DNA from: a bacterium
Lineage (GTDB): Bacteria > UBP7 > UBA6624
Assembly: GCA_002716355.1 (NCBI GenBank)
Contig: PBAU01000010.1
Location: forward strand, 47,208 to 111,207
Direction: 5' to 3'
DNA: 64,000 nt
The translations under genes and the position numbers were made by a program. The notes under the pieces were generated by a model, which did no database searches, was not told the DNA's origin, and saw nothing but the letters and a program-made list of their open reading frames with translations. This document shows positions 28,694 through 39,278 of the stretch, piece by piece; positions within the stretch are counted from its first letter, which is position 1; each line of letters opens with the position of its first letter.

Positions 28694-29407
28694 CTAATTT
28701 CCCAAATAAATTTCTTTTGCTTTATTTGATTTTTTAATTTCTTCTGGAGTTCCTTCAACCTCTATCTTCCCCTCGTTCATAAGGTATATCCAGTCTGCTA
28801 TGTTTAGCATTGCAAGATGATTATGATCTGTAATCAAAACACCTAGGCCTCTTTTTTCCTTCAGGGATATGATGATTTCATGCAATTGTTGAATGTGTAA
28901 TGGATCCACGCCTGTAAAAGGTTCGTCTAAAAGTATAAAATCAGGATTATTAGCTATAGACCTAGCAATTTCAACCCTACGTCTTTCACCACCAGAAAGA
29001 GCATATCCCAAAGAATTCTTAAGGTGCTCTATTCCCATCTCCTCCAATAAAGAATCGACCCTGTCTTTATGTTCTTTTTTTGGTATCTTATTGACTTCTA
29101 AAACTAATCTAATGTTTTCCTCTACTGTTAATCTTCTAAAAACACTTGGGCTTTGATCAAGGTAGCCAATCCCTAATCTAGCCCTTTTATAAACCGGAAG
29201 CCTCGAAACATCTTTACCATGCAAAGAAACTTTACCGGCATCAGGCTTAACAAGTCCGGTAATCATATAAAAAGTAGTTGTTTTACCTGCCCCATTTGGA
29301 CCCAAAAGGCCAATCGCTTTTCCTTTAGGTATTGAAATGCTTACATTATTAACAACAACTCTGCTGCCATACTTTTTAACTAAACCTTCAGATTCAATTT
29401 TAGTCAC
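28694..29407 (-). CDS. lptB: LPS export ABC transporter ATP-binding protein LptB
   Basis: 237 aa. Walker A GPNGAGKTTTFYMITGL, signature LSGGERRR and Walker B ILLDEP. Confidence 0.9.
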   Translation of the reverse strand: MTKIESEGLVKKYGSRVVVNNVSISIPKGKAIGLLGPNGAGKTTTFYMITGLVKPDAGKVSLHGKDVSRLPVYKRARLGIGYLDQSPSVFRRLTVEENIRLVLEVNKIPKKEHKDRVDSLLEEMGIEHLKNSLGYALSGGERRRVEIARSIANNPDFILLDEPFTGVDPLHIQQLHEIIISLKEKRGLGVLITDHNHLAMLNIADWIYLMNEGKIEVEGTPEEIKKSNKAKEIYLGN

Positions 29408-29456
29408 AAGTGAAGTATAAATTATTTTTTAACTATGAGAATAAAGTTAGAAAAGA

Positions 29457-30497
29457 TTAAGAGGTTAAACAATTGAGTTTAGCCATTAATTCTGAATTGA
29501 CCTCAGAAGTTCCAAGGTTGCCACCTAAATCTGAAGTACATTTTTTCTCTTTAAGCATTTCAGTCACTGCTCTGTCCAGGATTAAACCTTCCTTTGTTTT
29601 GTTGTTGTTTTTCAAGAGCAAAGCCATGCTTAAAACCGCAGCAAAAGGATTAGCGACATTTTTGCCTGCATACTTTGGAGCAGATCCATGAACAGGTTCA
29701 AAAAGAGAAATCTTTCCAGGGTGAATATTTCCAGACTCAGCCAAACCAAGTCCACCTACTATCTGAGCTCCTATATCAGAAATAATATCACCAAACATAT
29801 TTGTAGAAACAAGCACTCCAAAAGACTCAGGTCTTTTGACCAATTGCATACTGCATGCATCAACATAAAGATGATCTGCTTCAATTTCAGGATAATCTTC
29901 AGATATCTCATTAAAAATATCTAACCATAATTGATGCCCGTGCCTAAGCACATTACTTTTATCAACCATCGTTACACGGTCTCTTGAATCCTTTTTAGCT
30001 AATTCAAACGCATAACGAATGATTCTTTCAGTGCCTTTTCTAGTATATTCACCTCTTTGCCAAGCCATCTCATTTTCTAAACCCTTATTTTCCCATCCAC
30101 CAATCTGCCTATAAAAACCTTCCGTATTTTCTCTAACAATAAGCAAATCAATATCTTCTGATTTTTTCAAGGGAGATAAATCTGGAACCCTACAAATGCA
30201 TGGTCTTAAATTAACATAGAGATCAAGTTCAAACCTCAACCTCAAAAGAACCCTGGCAGCAAAATCTATATCTAAGTCATCACCAACCGCACCTAAAAAA
30301 ATTGCATCAGTTGATAAAATTTTATTCATTTTGGATTCATCTAAATCATTTCTTGATTCAACCCAATTTTTAGTAGTTAAGTCAGGAAAAGAAATGATGT
30401 CAATTTTATTTCCAAGAAGAAATTTAGCCGCATTGACGGCAACATCAGTTACTTCTGGGCCAATCCCATCTCCAGGTAAAACAGAAATTTTCAACAT
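29457..30497 (-). CDS. Isocitrate/isopropylmalate dehydrogenase-family enzyme (LeuB/TtuC-like)
   Basis: 346 aa. LPGDGIGPEV, LLIVRENTEGFY, NMFGDIISD and LFEPVHGSAPKYAGKNVANP. Confidence 0.78.
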   Translation of the reverse strand: MLKISVLPGDGIGPEVTDVAVNAAKFLLGNKIDIISFPDLTTKNWVESRNDLDESKMNKILSTDAIFLGAVGDDLDIDFAARVLLRLRFELDLYVNLRPCICRVPDLSPLKKSEDIDLLIVRENTEGFYRQIGGWENKGLENEMAWQRGEYTRKGTERIIRYAFELAKKDSRDRVTMVDKSNVLRHGHQLWLDIFNEISEDYPEIEADHLYVDACSMQLVKRPESFGVLVSTNMFGDIISDIGAQIVGGLGLAESGNIHPGKISLFEPVHGSAPKYAGKNVANPFAAVLSMALLLKNNNKTKEGLILDRAVTEMLKEKKCTSDLGGNLGTSEVNSELMAKLNCLTS

Positions 30498-30500
30498 AAT

Positions 30501-31115
30501 TTAATTTGGTAACTCAGGTGGTTGCCAAGACTCTATTCTATCAAACCAATCACGTTTAAAAGAGTCTGGCAGCAACAAAACAGCATCAAGAAAGAAATGA
30601 AAACGATTTGAATCTATAAAATACAACCTAGATTCAATACCTTCAATTACATCATTAAATAATTTCAAACCCTCTTCTGAATTTGGAACAGAATACAAAA
30701 AAACCTGACCATCATTTTCAAAAAATAAAAAATCATTCCTCAATCCAAACTCGATTAAATAAATAACCTCTTCCCAAAGCTTGTCATTTGCTAAAGACAT
30801 AGAGGAGAACAACTCGTTAATTTCAAAAATATCCTCTTCAGGAACACCTGAAGGTAAAAAAATCCTTGGATCTTGAGACTTGTTCAAATCTAAATAAGAA
30901 AAATTTTTTAAAAGCGACCATGAGTTATTGTCTATTTTTTTCACATGCAAAGAATCAAAATCACCATTACAACCTATGCAAAAATCAAACAAATAGGATT
31001 CCTTAAATACGAAGTGATTAATCAATACTGATTGTTTTTTTTTGAATTCACTGTCAAAATTTTCAAACCCAAACGAAAACAAAAAAATAAAAATTAATAA
31101 AAATTTTTTTCTCAT
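30501..31115 (-). CDS. Hypothetical secreted protein (204 aa)
   Basis: N-terminal signal-like segment MRKKFLLIFIFLFSFG. No recognisable motif. Confidence 0.45.
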   Translation of the reverse strand: MRKKFLLIFIFLFSFGFENFDSEFKKKQSVLINHFVFKESYLFDFCIGCNGDFDSLHVKKIDNNSWSLLKNFSYLDLNKSQDPRIFLPSGVPEEDIFEINELFSSMSLANDKLWEEVIYLIEFGLRNDFLFFENDGQVFLYSVPNSEEGLKLFNDVIEGIESRLYFIDSNRFHFFLDAVLLLPDSFKRDWFDRIESWQPPELPN

Positions 31116-31121
31116 AACTAT

Positions 31122-32078
31122 TTAAAAAATATTTTTTGCATTGCTTATAACTGAATCAATAATCTGGTCGAGATCACCAAAGCATCTAGCGCCCGAAGCA
31201 TGAAAATGACCCCCTCCTCCATACCTTTTAGCAACAATTCTTGAATCCAGAGCACCTTTTGATCTTAAATTCATTTTAACCAAACCGTTACCCTCTTCCC
31301 TGAAAAGAATAAACAAATCTACATTTTTAATTGAATTGCATTCCTCAGGGATTCCTTCAAAATCAGGAGATGTAACACTGTATCGTTCCCAATCGGAAAA
31401 TCTTGAATAAGACCATGCAATTTTATTTTCTGCATCAATGCTTATCCTTTCCATGATTTTAGTTAAAAGTTTTATTTTCCTTAAAGGCTGTGAAAAATAA
31501 ACTTGCTCTTTAAGGAATGAAACACTTGCCCCAAGATCTATCAAATCAGCTGCTATTTTGAAAGTTTCTGAGCGGCTAGTGTTAAATGTGAAATTTCCAG
31601 TATCAGTCATAAGCCCTAATAAAATAGCATCAATCGATTCTTGATTCATTTTTAAATTCAACTCTTTAAACAATTTATATATCAGAACAGTTGTTGATGC
31701 AGCGTTTTCCTCGACGTAATTAACATCTGCAAAAAAGGTATTGCTTAAATGATGATCGATATTAACAGTTAAAAATTGATGTCCTAAAAAAGATTGAAAC
31801 TCTTTATTTAAACGATGGTCAACTGCTATGTCTAAGAAAACAATCACATCATAATCTTCATCAGGTAATCTTGTTTTTATTTTTTTTATACCTGAAAAAA
31901 AGGAATATATATCAGGAATATCATCAATACAAACACAGGAGGATTTCTTTCCATCCAGAGAATTGATTAAATTGTTAAAAGATATTAAGCTCCCTACCGA
32001 ATCCCCATCAGGATCCTTATGGGAAAGAATCAAAAAGTTCTTATTGCTTTCAATTACTTCAATTACTTTTTCAATCAT
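31122..32078 (-). CDS. nrnA: DHH-family phosphoesterase NrnA-like (oligoribonuclease/pAp phosphatase)
   Basis: 318 aa. DPDGDSVGS, DHH (NIDHHLSN) and DHHA1 GGGGH. Confidence 0.8.
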   Translation of the reverse strand: MIEKVIEVIESNKNFLILSHKDPDGDSVGSLISFNNLINSLDGKKSSCVCIDDIPDIYSFFSGIKKIKTRLPDEDYDVIVFLDIAVDHRLNKEFQSFLGHQFLTVNIDHHLSNTFFADVNYVEENAASTTVLIYKLFKELNLKMNQESIDAILLGLMTDTGNFTFNTSRSETFKIAADLIDLGASVSFLKEQVYFSQPLRKIKLLTKIMERISIDAENKIAWSYSRFSDWERYSVTSPDFEGIPEECNSIKNVDLFILFREEGNGLVKMNLRSKGALDSRIVAKRYGGGGHFHASGARCFGDLDQIIDSVISNAKNIF

Positions 32079-32406
32079 TGGGTAAAGATTTATTTAAAAT
32101 TTCATTGATCTTGAATGCTTTTTCTACAGTATCGTCCCAAAAAAAATCTAATTTTGGAATTTTCCTAAGCCTTAAGCCACTTAAGGCTCTCGAGATTATT
32201 CGTCTTTTTGCGATATTCATTGTATGCATGATTGTCTTCTTTTTCTTGCTTGAGCTACTGCTTATATAAACATCTAACTTTCCATAACCTCTTGAAAAAT
32301 CAATTTTTGTCAAAGTTAAATCAGGAGGTATTCTTGGATCGTCTAATTGTGATATCTCTCTTGCGAGAGAGGCTTTAATTGACTTGAAAATACTTAACTG
32401 TTTCAT
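32071..32406 (-). CDS. rbfA: Ribosome-binding factor A
   Basis: 111 aa. Sits downstream of infB. RbfA-like KH fold pattern (DPRIP..LTLTKIDFSRGYGKLDVYIS). Confidence 0.82.
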   Translation of the reverse strand: MKQLSIFKSIKASLAREISQLDDPRIPPDLTLTKIDFSRGYGKLDVYISSSSSKKKKTIMHTMNIAKRRIISRALSGLRLRKIPKLDFFWDDTVEKAFKINEILNKSLPND

Positions 32407-34565
32407 TTTCCAAATACTTCAGATTCAGTTTTCTTTCTTTTTTCCACCCTGTGCGTAACTAATTCATCACCTGGCTTTAATCCTGGCTTACCTACAACCC
32501 TAAAACCACATTCAAACCCTTCCTTTACTTCTTTTACGTCTTCTTTAAAACGTCTTAGATTATCAATCCTTCCTTCAAAAATCATATCTCCATCTCTAAA
32601 TATTCGACACCTTGAACCTCTTGTGATAAAGCCAGATTCAACCTTTCCTCCTGCTATTGTTAATCTAGGAGTTTCTCTAAATATCTCCAAAAGCCTCAAC
32701 CTGCCAGATTCAATCTCCTCTTCATCAGCAGCAATAGAGTCAACAATTTCGCTTTTAATATTTTCTAACAACTTGTAAATTAAATTATTTACACTGATCT
32801 TGATTGATTTTTCTTTAGATAGCTTGGCAGCAGAACCAGCAATACCAACCTCAAAACCAAGTATTGAAGCTTCGGAAGAATGAGCTAAATCTACATCAGC
32901 AGTGGTCACATCACCTACACTCGAACTAATCACAAAAACCTTAAATTCTTCTGACTTTAATGCTTCAATCTCTTTCTTAACAGCTTCTAACGCTCCGTAG
33001 CTAGAGGCTTTAACTATAAGCTTAAATTCCTTACTTGAAAACTCTGCAAAAAGAGAATCTATATCAGCTACTCTTTGTTGTGAAGATTTTGATTTTTCTT
33101 TCAGCCTGCTTCTTAAAACTTTTTTTGCTGCTTTTTGATTTTTAACCTCAATAAACTTTTCTCCAGATGAAGGTATATGGCTTAAACCTGTAATCTCAAC
33201 TGGCATCCCAGGATGCACATCGTCAAGCTTTTTACCATCATAAGAATTTAAACCTCTTACAACAGCAAAATCATCCCGAAACAATAAAACACTCTTTGGC
33301 TTCAAAACACCCTGCAAGATAATAGCTGTGCATGTTTTTCCATTTTGTTTTATCTCAGATTCAATAACAACACCTTGAACCTTAGAAGTGCTATCAGCTT
33401 TGAGTTCCAATATATCACTTAATTCAACTATCCCCTCCAAAAGCAAGTCGACACCTTCTCCGCTTTTTGCACTAATTGGGAATAAAGGTATATCTCCACC
33501 AAGTGCAGAAGGATTAATTCCAATTTTTTGCAACTGACCTAGAACCTTATTGGGATTTGCTCTGGGGCTATCCATTTTATTTAAAGCAACAACCATTTCT
33601 ACTTCAGCAGCTTTTATGTGCTCGTAAGCTTCAATGGTCTGCTCTCTTGGACCTTCGTCAGCAGAAACAACCAGCACTGCAATATCAGTAACCTGCGCTC
33701 CTCTTGCTCTCATTGAAGTAAAAGAACTGTGTCCAGGGGTATCTATAAAAGTGATGTTTCTACCATCTTTTGTTGACGCTAAAGTTGCTCCAATCTTCTG
33801 TGTTATAGCACCAAATTCACCAGAAGCAACAGAAGTTTGCCTAATGTAATCAAGTAAGGTTGTTTTGCCATGATCGACATGGCCCATGACCGTCACAATA
33901 GGAACCCTTTCTGTTAAAGACTTTTCATCTATCTTCAAAACTGGCTCATTCTTTTTATCTTCAATGATTTTTATATGCTCTATATTCCATTTTGTCAATA
34001 AAGAAACAATCTGATCTTTGCTTGGTTTGTAATCTATATCCTTATCTTCCATCTCAAAAAATGAAAAAATGTTTGCTATAGGTATACCAAGAAGTTTTGA
34101 AATTTCTTTTATCGTCAAACCTAAACTGATTGAATTAATCTCTTTTGACCTTTCGCTAACGGCACTTGCTGTCTCGGTAAGCCTCACTGAAAAAGATTTT
34201 GCAACCCTTGATCCAAGCTTGGTTGAACTTCTCCTGCCTCCCAGTTGAGCTTTTCTGGCTTCCTTCTTTCTATTTTCTTTTTTGAAAGAAGGATTACCGA
34301 TATTTGAACCTGTACCCTTCTGAAAATCTTTATTAGTTGTTTTTTTGCCTGTTGTGCCTTTAGCAGAATTTTGCGAATCAGGTTTCTGAGTTTTCTTTTT
34401 GTCATCCTTAGCTGGTGCCTTCCCAAGATAAGCAAGAACTTTATCAGCATCACCATCCTCAATAATGGACATGCTTGTATTTACATTTATTCCAATTTCC
34501 TTAGCTTTTAGAACTAACTCTTTCGAGTCTATGTTGATTTTTTTTGCTAATTCAAAAACCCTCAT
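32403..34565 (-). CDS. infB: Translation initiation factor IF-2
   Basis: 720 aa. [14 protein letters not shown] and NKMD, with a K/R-rich N-terminal region. Confidence 0.95.
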   Translation of the reverse strand: MRVFELAKKINIDSKELVLKAKEIGINVNTSMSIIEDGDADKVLAYLGKAPAKDDKKKTQKPDSQNSAKGTTGKKTTNKDFQKGTGSNIGNPSFKKENRKKEARKAQLGGRRSSTKLGSRVAKSFSVRLTETASAVSERSKEINSISLGLTIKEISKLLGIPIANIFSFFEMEDKDIDYKPSKDQIVSLLTKWNIEHIKIIEDKKNEPVLKIDEKSLTERVPIVTVMGHVDHGKTTLLDYIRQTSVASGEFGAITQKIGATLASTKDGRNITFIDTPGHSSFTSMRARGAQVTDIAVLVVSADEGPREQTIEAYEHIKAAEVEMVVALNKMDSPRANPNKVLGQLQKIGINPSALGGDIPLFPISAKSGEGVDLLLEGIVELSDILELKADSTSKVQGVVIESEIKQNGKTCTAIILQGVLKPKSVLLFRDDFAVVRGLNSYDGKKLDDVHPGMPVEITGLSHIPSSGEKFIEVKNQKAAKKVLRSRLKEKSKSSQQRVADIDSLFAEFSSKEFKLIVKASSYGALEAVKKEIEALKSEEFKVFVISSSVGDVTTADVDLAHSSEASILGFEVGIAGSAAKLSKEKSIKISVNNLIYKLLENIKSEIVDSIAADEEEIESGRLRLLEIFRETPRLTIAGGKVESGFITRGSRCRIFRDGDMIFEGRIDNLRRFKEDVKEVKEGFECGFRVVGKPGLKPGDELVTHRVEKRKKTESEVFGK

Positions 34566-35893
34566 TAATCGTCTTCTTCTCCACCCTCTTCTATCAATCC
34601 TAAATCATGAAGAAAAGTAACAAGTATTTGGCTTCCCAATTCACCCAATCCTTCCATTTTCTCTAAATCAGTTTCACTAAATGTAAATAAATCCTTAACT
34701 AAATTTATATCATTTTTTTCAAGTGCCTCGAGCAGCCATGCTGGAAACTGAAAAGCAGCATCTTTCAATTCTTTTTCTGGTAAAGAGTCAAATGAAGCTG
34801 TATCCCATATATCAATTGACCATCCTGTTATCCTTGTAGCAAGACTAACATTCTCACCTTCACTTCCAATTGCTTTATTTTTTTCATCAACAGGAACGAT
34901 GACAATGGCTTTTCTTTTCATGTTTGCAGTCTCTTCGCTGTTTTCTAACGTGAGGTAGTTCAGCAGTCTAACATTTGCAAAATCTACATTAACAGGCCTC
35001 ATTGAATTTGCAATAAAATGCCTTGGTCTTTCGTCCCATTTAACAACATCAATTTTTTCCTGCGAAAGTTCTTTTATAACAGACTGTATCCTTCTTCCAC
35101 CAGGACCTATACAAGCACCTAACGGCTCTACTGAATCACTATAGGAATGGACAGCAACCTTTGCACGATGTCCTGGCTTTCTAACTACTCTTTTAATCTC
35201 AATCACACCTTCTGAAACTTCTGGAATATTTTCCTCCATCAGCAATCTTAAAAATTCTGGATGAGTTCTGGACAAAAGCAATTGAGGCCTTCCAGATCTA
35301 TCCTTCGCAACAGAATAAACATAAGCACGAACTCCACTTTTTAGTCTCTGTTTTCTTGATTCTCCAAATATTCTTTCTGACTTTCTAAGTATTCCTTCAA
35401 TCTTTCCAACTTCAACCCATGCAGTATCCCTTATAGCTTTATATATTTCTCCATACACATTATTACCTTCCATTTCAGCTGCTTTTGCATAAAGGTTATG
35501 TTTTTCATATTCAGAAATCTTTTCATCAAGCATAGTTAAAGCTTTTCTGATTGCAATCCTGCTTAATTTTTGAAAATCTAAAGGATCAGGGTAAAAAGTC
35601 CTTATTGGCAAATCTAAACCTTTTTTTCTTATATCCTCTATAGATATCTCTAGCTCGTCATCTCTAACGCTAGTAACAATTCTCTTCAAAAGGAAAGCTT
35701 TAATTGTTCCTCTTATAAGATCAACATCAACCTTAAAATTTTCTGGTGCACCTTCTAAACCAAACTCACTTGAATAAGCTGACTCAAACGCCACCTTAAG
35801 AGACTCTCTTAGTTCATTCTCATCAATGGCTCTGTTTTTTAAAATATTGCTTATCTCTTCTTTCAGATCTATAAAATACGTTTTTTGACTCAT
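34565..35893 (-). CDS. nusA: Transcription termination/antitermination factor NusA
   Basis: 442 aa. S1 and KH domains (GACIGPGGRRIQ) and an acidic C-terminus. rimP-nusA-infB synteny. Confidence 0.93.
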   Translation of the reverse strand: MSQKTYFIDLKEEISNILKNRAIDENELRESLKVAFESAYSSEFGLEGAPENFKVDVDLIRGTIKAFLLKRIVTSVRDDELEISIEDIRKKGLDLPIRTFYPDPLDFQKLSRIAIRKALTMLDEKISEYEKHNLYAKAAEMEGNNVYGEIYKAIRDTAWVEVGKIEGILRKSERIFGESRKQRLKSGVRAYVYSVAKDRSGRPQLLLSRTHPEFLRLLMEENIPEVSEGVIEIKRVVRKPGHRAKVAVHSYSDSVEPLGACIGPGGRRIQSVIKELSQEKIDVVKWDERPRHFIANSMRPVNVDFANVRLLNYLTLENSEETANMKRKAIVIVPVDEKNKAIGSEGENVSLATRITGWSIDIWDTASFDSLPEKELKDAAFQFPAWLLEALEKNDINLVKDLFTFSETDLEKMEGLGELGSQILVTFLHDLGLIEEGGEEDD

Positions 35894-35896
35894 AAT

Positions 35897-36322
35897 TTAA
35901 CTCCTATTTAAACCTTTAACCATTTTTAATGCTTGAAAAGGGACATAGAAAAAACCATCCTTCATTTCAAAAACCAAACAATTGTTATAGCTTGCTAAAG
36001 TTCCAAAAAAAGATTTTGAAACTTTTTCTAATTTAAATTCAACCTCCTTTCCATTCCAGCGTTGAAAATGCTTTGTTTTAGTTAAGACAGGTTCAACTCC
36101 GGGTGAAGAGACCTCAAGAAGTCCCTTTTCTAATATGCTTCCAATCTTGGAATTGCTTAAAGATCTAGAAACCTTTGCACAATCATTGACACCTACTCGA
36201 CCATCTAAAAAAACAGTAAAGCGACGACTGGGGCCTTGACCCTTGATAGAAACATCCCATATTGTATAGCCCATATTGACTACTTCGGATTCAATATCTC
36301 GAATTAAATCATTTTTTTCCAC
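35897..36322 (-). CDS. rimP: Ribosome maturation factor RimP
   Basis: 141 aa. Conserved position upstream of nusA, with a RimP-like N-terminus. Confidence 0.82.
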   Translation of the reverse strand: MEKNDLIRDIESEVVNMGYTIWDVSIKGQGPSRRFTVFLDGRVGVNDCAKVSRSLSNSKIGSILEKGLLEVSSPGVEPVLTKTKHFQRWNGKEVEFKLEKVSKSFFGTLASYNNCLVFEMKDGFFYVPFQALKMVKGLNRS

Positions 36323-36950
36323 TACTCAACCAACCTTCAATAACTTCCCAATACATTTTCAACCTTTTGATAATCCCGACAATATATCCGTGTTTTTTCT
36401 CTTTTGTAACCTGTCCCACCCCAAACAAATCCGCCTTATGAACTTTCCATTTATTCGATTCAGAAAAATTATTTAAAGCGGTTTCAAACCCATAACCTGC
36501 AACTTCATCAAAAGGAAAATCAGCAATTTTATCCAGAAGAACAGCTCTTTGTCCAGATAAACCTGGAGCTATTTTCTGAGCAAAATCAGTACCAACTTTC
36601 CCACCCTTAAAAATACCAACAGACATATCACAATTTCTGCTAATTACAGGTTTAATGATTGAGTCTATATGGTTAGCTTTAAGTCCAACCAAATCTGCAT
36701 CAACAAACAAAACGCATTCATGCTTAACGCATGCAAGACCCATGTGTATAGCTGAAGTTTTTCCAAGATTTTCAGGAAGCGATAAAACAAGAACTCCAGA
36801 AATTCTTCTGGAGGCTGCAGCCGTGCCATCTCTTGATCCATCATCAACAACAATAATTTGATTTATATTTTCACTGGCTGCCAAAACCTTTAAAACTTTA
36901 GAGATTCTTGGTGCTTCATTGTGGGCGGGAACAATTGCAGAAACCTTCAT
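36309..36950 (-). CDS. Family 2 glycosyltransferase
   Basis: 213 aa. SAIVPAHNE...IIVVDDGSRDGT...VDADL (GT-A DxD). Confidence 0.75.
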   Translation of the reverse strand: MKVSAIVPAHNEAPRISKVLKVLAASENINQIIVVDDGSRDGTAAASRRISGVLVLSLPENLGKTSAIHMGLACVKHECVLFVDADLVGLKANHIDSIIKPVISRNCDMSVGIFKGGKVGTDFAQKIAPGLSGQRAVLLDKIADFPFDEVAGYGFETALNNFSESNKWKVHKADLFGVGQVTKEKKHGYIVGIIKRLKMYWEVIEGWLSSGKK

Positions 36951-38416
36951 CAGAGCCTCCCTATATCCCTTATTGTTATTATCAAAAATAAGATAATCAA
37001 TGCATAACCACCGATTGAAAGTAATGATTTTGTTACCTTTTTAACAGTTTGTTTTTTGGATTTAGGAACGAAATTCTCTATAATTTCAATCATTATCCTT
37101 CCTCCATCCAAATTAGGAATAAAAATCAAGAGAAGATTTAATATTCCTAAATTTACAGAAAGAAGAGCTAAAAAGGTTAAAGAATTTTCTAAACCCTGCT
37201 TTACAACCTGAGAAGAAATTGAAATTATTGCTACAGGGCCTCCAACATTCTCTAAAGCTTTTTTCTCAAATCTAAATATACTTCCAACAAAACCAAAGAT
37301 TTGAGCTGCGGCAAATGAAGTATTTGAAAAAGAAATTTTAAAAAGATCAAAACCTCTAACTTCAGTTCTTTTAGGCATGAATGAAAACAAATTTAAAAGT
37401 TCAGATCTTTCAACAAATAAACTATCTTTTTTTCCATTTGAATTTTGGTATTGGACTTCTATTTGAGATGAAGAAATGGCTGAAAGATCCTCAAAAAAAG
37501 TCATTCCATCAATTGAAAAAACATCTTTTATCGATAAGTTCTCATCAATATACTCAATCAACTCTGGCCTATCGACAGTGAATACAGTTCTGTCCTTCAT
37601 GACAATTTTCACATCTTCACTAAGAAGCAAATCAAAAGTGCTTTGGGTCAGTGGAGCTTCCTCAAGGTTTAAATTACCAATCTTAGATACGGTTATTTTT
37701 CCAACATCCTTGCTTAAAAAAATATTGTCTATTTGTGGTTCAACACGAAAGCTAATTGCTGATTTTCCCAACTGCGGCTCATAATAAATTGGACCGAGCC
37801 TTTGTCCAATCCAGTCTAAATCTATACGAATTCTGTCTGAACTCAATCTTGCCTCTTCCACCTTGGAAAAAAAATCTTTTTCAGAAGGCCATGCAATTGC
37901 CTCAATTAATCTTGACTCTGTGGCAACACCACTAACAATGGAACCAGCTGGAGCTAAACCAACAATAAATTCATCATCTCTTATTTCATCTATTGTTATT
38001 AATCTCTTTGGATCACCGTAAGAAAAGACGACAAGGAAAAAAATAAAAAAAGCTAAAACCATATTTGCCAAAGGTCCAGCAAAAAGTATAAAAATCTTCT
38101 TCAGTAAAGATATCTCATCGAATGATTTTCCCTCAGGAACAATATTGTCTTTTTCATCTTCATAAACTTCATCATCAATCATCCCTTTGATAAGAACATA
38201 CCCCCCTAAAGGGATCATGTTAATTTTCCAGAGCGTTTCTTTGGACTGAAAGCTAAATAAACATTTACCAAAACCAACAGCAAACTCTTGAACCCCAACT
38301 CCACATTTTTTTGCAGCAAGATAGTGTCCTAATTCATGAATGAAAACAACAATTCCAAATATTAAAATAGCGCCAAAAAGGCTATATATCAAATTTAAAT
38401 AGACCATATCAACCAA
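36950..38416 (-). CDS. rseP: RIP site-2 metalloprotease RseP (M50)
   Basis: 488 aa. HELGHY in the first TM, NLDGG near the C-terminus and a long periplasmic PDZ-containing middle. cdsA-rseP synteny. Confidence 0.85.
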   Translation of the reverse strand: MVDMVYLNLIYSLFGAILIFGIVVFIHELGHYLAAKKCGVGVQEFAVGFGKCLFSFQSKETLWKINMIPLGGYVLIKGMIDDEVYEDEKDNIVPEGKSFDEISLLKKIFILFAGPLANMVLAFFIFFLVVFSYGDPKRLITIDEIRDDEFIVGLAPAGSIVSGVATESRLIEAIAWPSEKDFFSKVEEARLSSDRIRIDLDWIGQRLGPIYYEPQLGKSAISFRVEPQIDNIFLSKDVGKITVSKIGNLNLEEAPLTQSTFDLLLSEDVKIVMKDRTVFTVDRPELIEYIDENLSIKDVFSIDGMTFFEDLSAISSSQIEVQYQNSNGKKDSLFVERSELLNLFSFMPKRTEVRGFDLFKISFSNTSFAAAQIFGFVGSIFRFEKKALENVGGPVAIISISSQVVKQGLENSLTFLALLSVNLGILNLLLIFIPNLDGGRIMIEIIENFVPKSKKQTVKKVTKSLLSIGGYALIILFLIITIRDIGRL

Positions 38417-39278
38417 TAAAAAATAATTTAATTAAATAATAGCTTGCGGGCAAAACGAACAAAAAACTATCCATTCTGTCAAGAATGCCTCCATGGCCTG
38501 GTATAGAAGCGCCATAATCTTTCATAAGCTTCTCTCTCTTCAAAACAGAAAACGCCAAGTCGCCCAGCTGAGCAATAAGCCCTAAAATCAAGCCTGTCAG
38601 CCACCAAAAAAATAAATTTTGAAATGTTCCTGTTCCCATTCCAGACATATAAGCAAATAAAGTCATGCCAAAAGAAGAGCCGAGAAGACCTCCAACGGTT
38701 CCTTCCCACGTTTTTTTACTTACGGTAGAAAGATAATTATTTTTTCCAAAATATTTACCTGAAAAAAATGCTGAACTATCATAAGCCCATGCTCCAATCA
38801 TAGGGACAAAAATTAAATAATTACCCTTTTCAGGAAATAAAAAAGAACCTAGAGGATGTAGTTTGAAAACATAAGAAAGAAGACCTGCTGTAAGGAAGAT
38901 GCCAAAAAATGTTATTGATATTTCAGAAATCTTGTATACAGGTTTACCCTGGAAAGCTCTAACGATATTAGCAATTGAAACCAATAATATATACACTGTA
39001 GAAAGCAAGCCTGCACTTTCATAAGTAAAATTCTGACTAGTCTCCGCAAGAAAAGCAATGATTATCATTATTGCAGCTAAAGGGTATCCAACAAGATCAA
39101 AGGTTCTTCCACCCTCAGCTCTGACAAGTCTATAAAATTCCCTCAATCCACTTGCAGCAACCCACATTGTCGCAAGTAGAAGCAAGATACCGCCTTCGTT
39201 TAATATCAATATAGTCAATATGCCGAGCGAAAAGCCATAAAAAAGCCTTTGTTTGATCTCTGTTTTAAACATTCCCAT
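38409..39278 (-). CDS. cdsA: Phosphatidate cytidylyltransferase
   Basis: 289 aa. Signature SVLKREKLMKDYGASIPGHGGILDRMDS. Confidence 0.88.
   Translation of the reverse strand: MGMFKTEIKQRLFYGFSLGILTILILNEGGILLLLATMWVAASGLREFYRLVRAEGGRTFDLVGYPLAAIMIIIAFLAETSQNFTYESAGLLSTVYILLVSIANIVRAFQGKPVYKISEISITFFGIFLTAGLLSYVFKLHPLGSFLFPEKGNYLIFVPMIGAWAYDSSAFFSGKYFGKNNYLSTVSKKTWEGTVGGLLGSSFGMTLFAYMSGMGTGTFQNLFFWWLTGLILGLIAQLGDLAFSVLKREKLMKDYGASIPGHGGILDRMDSFLFVLPASYYLIKLFFIG

Noticed and set aside
34184-34462. 92-aa K/R-rich ORF in an alternative frame of infB on the same strand
   Set aside because: It sits in the repetitive Lys/Arg-rich N-terminal region of IF-2, where alternative frames stay open by composition. 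There is no independent evidence for it.
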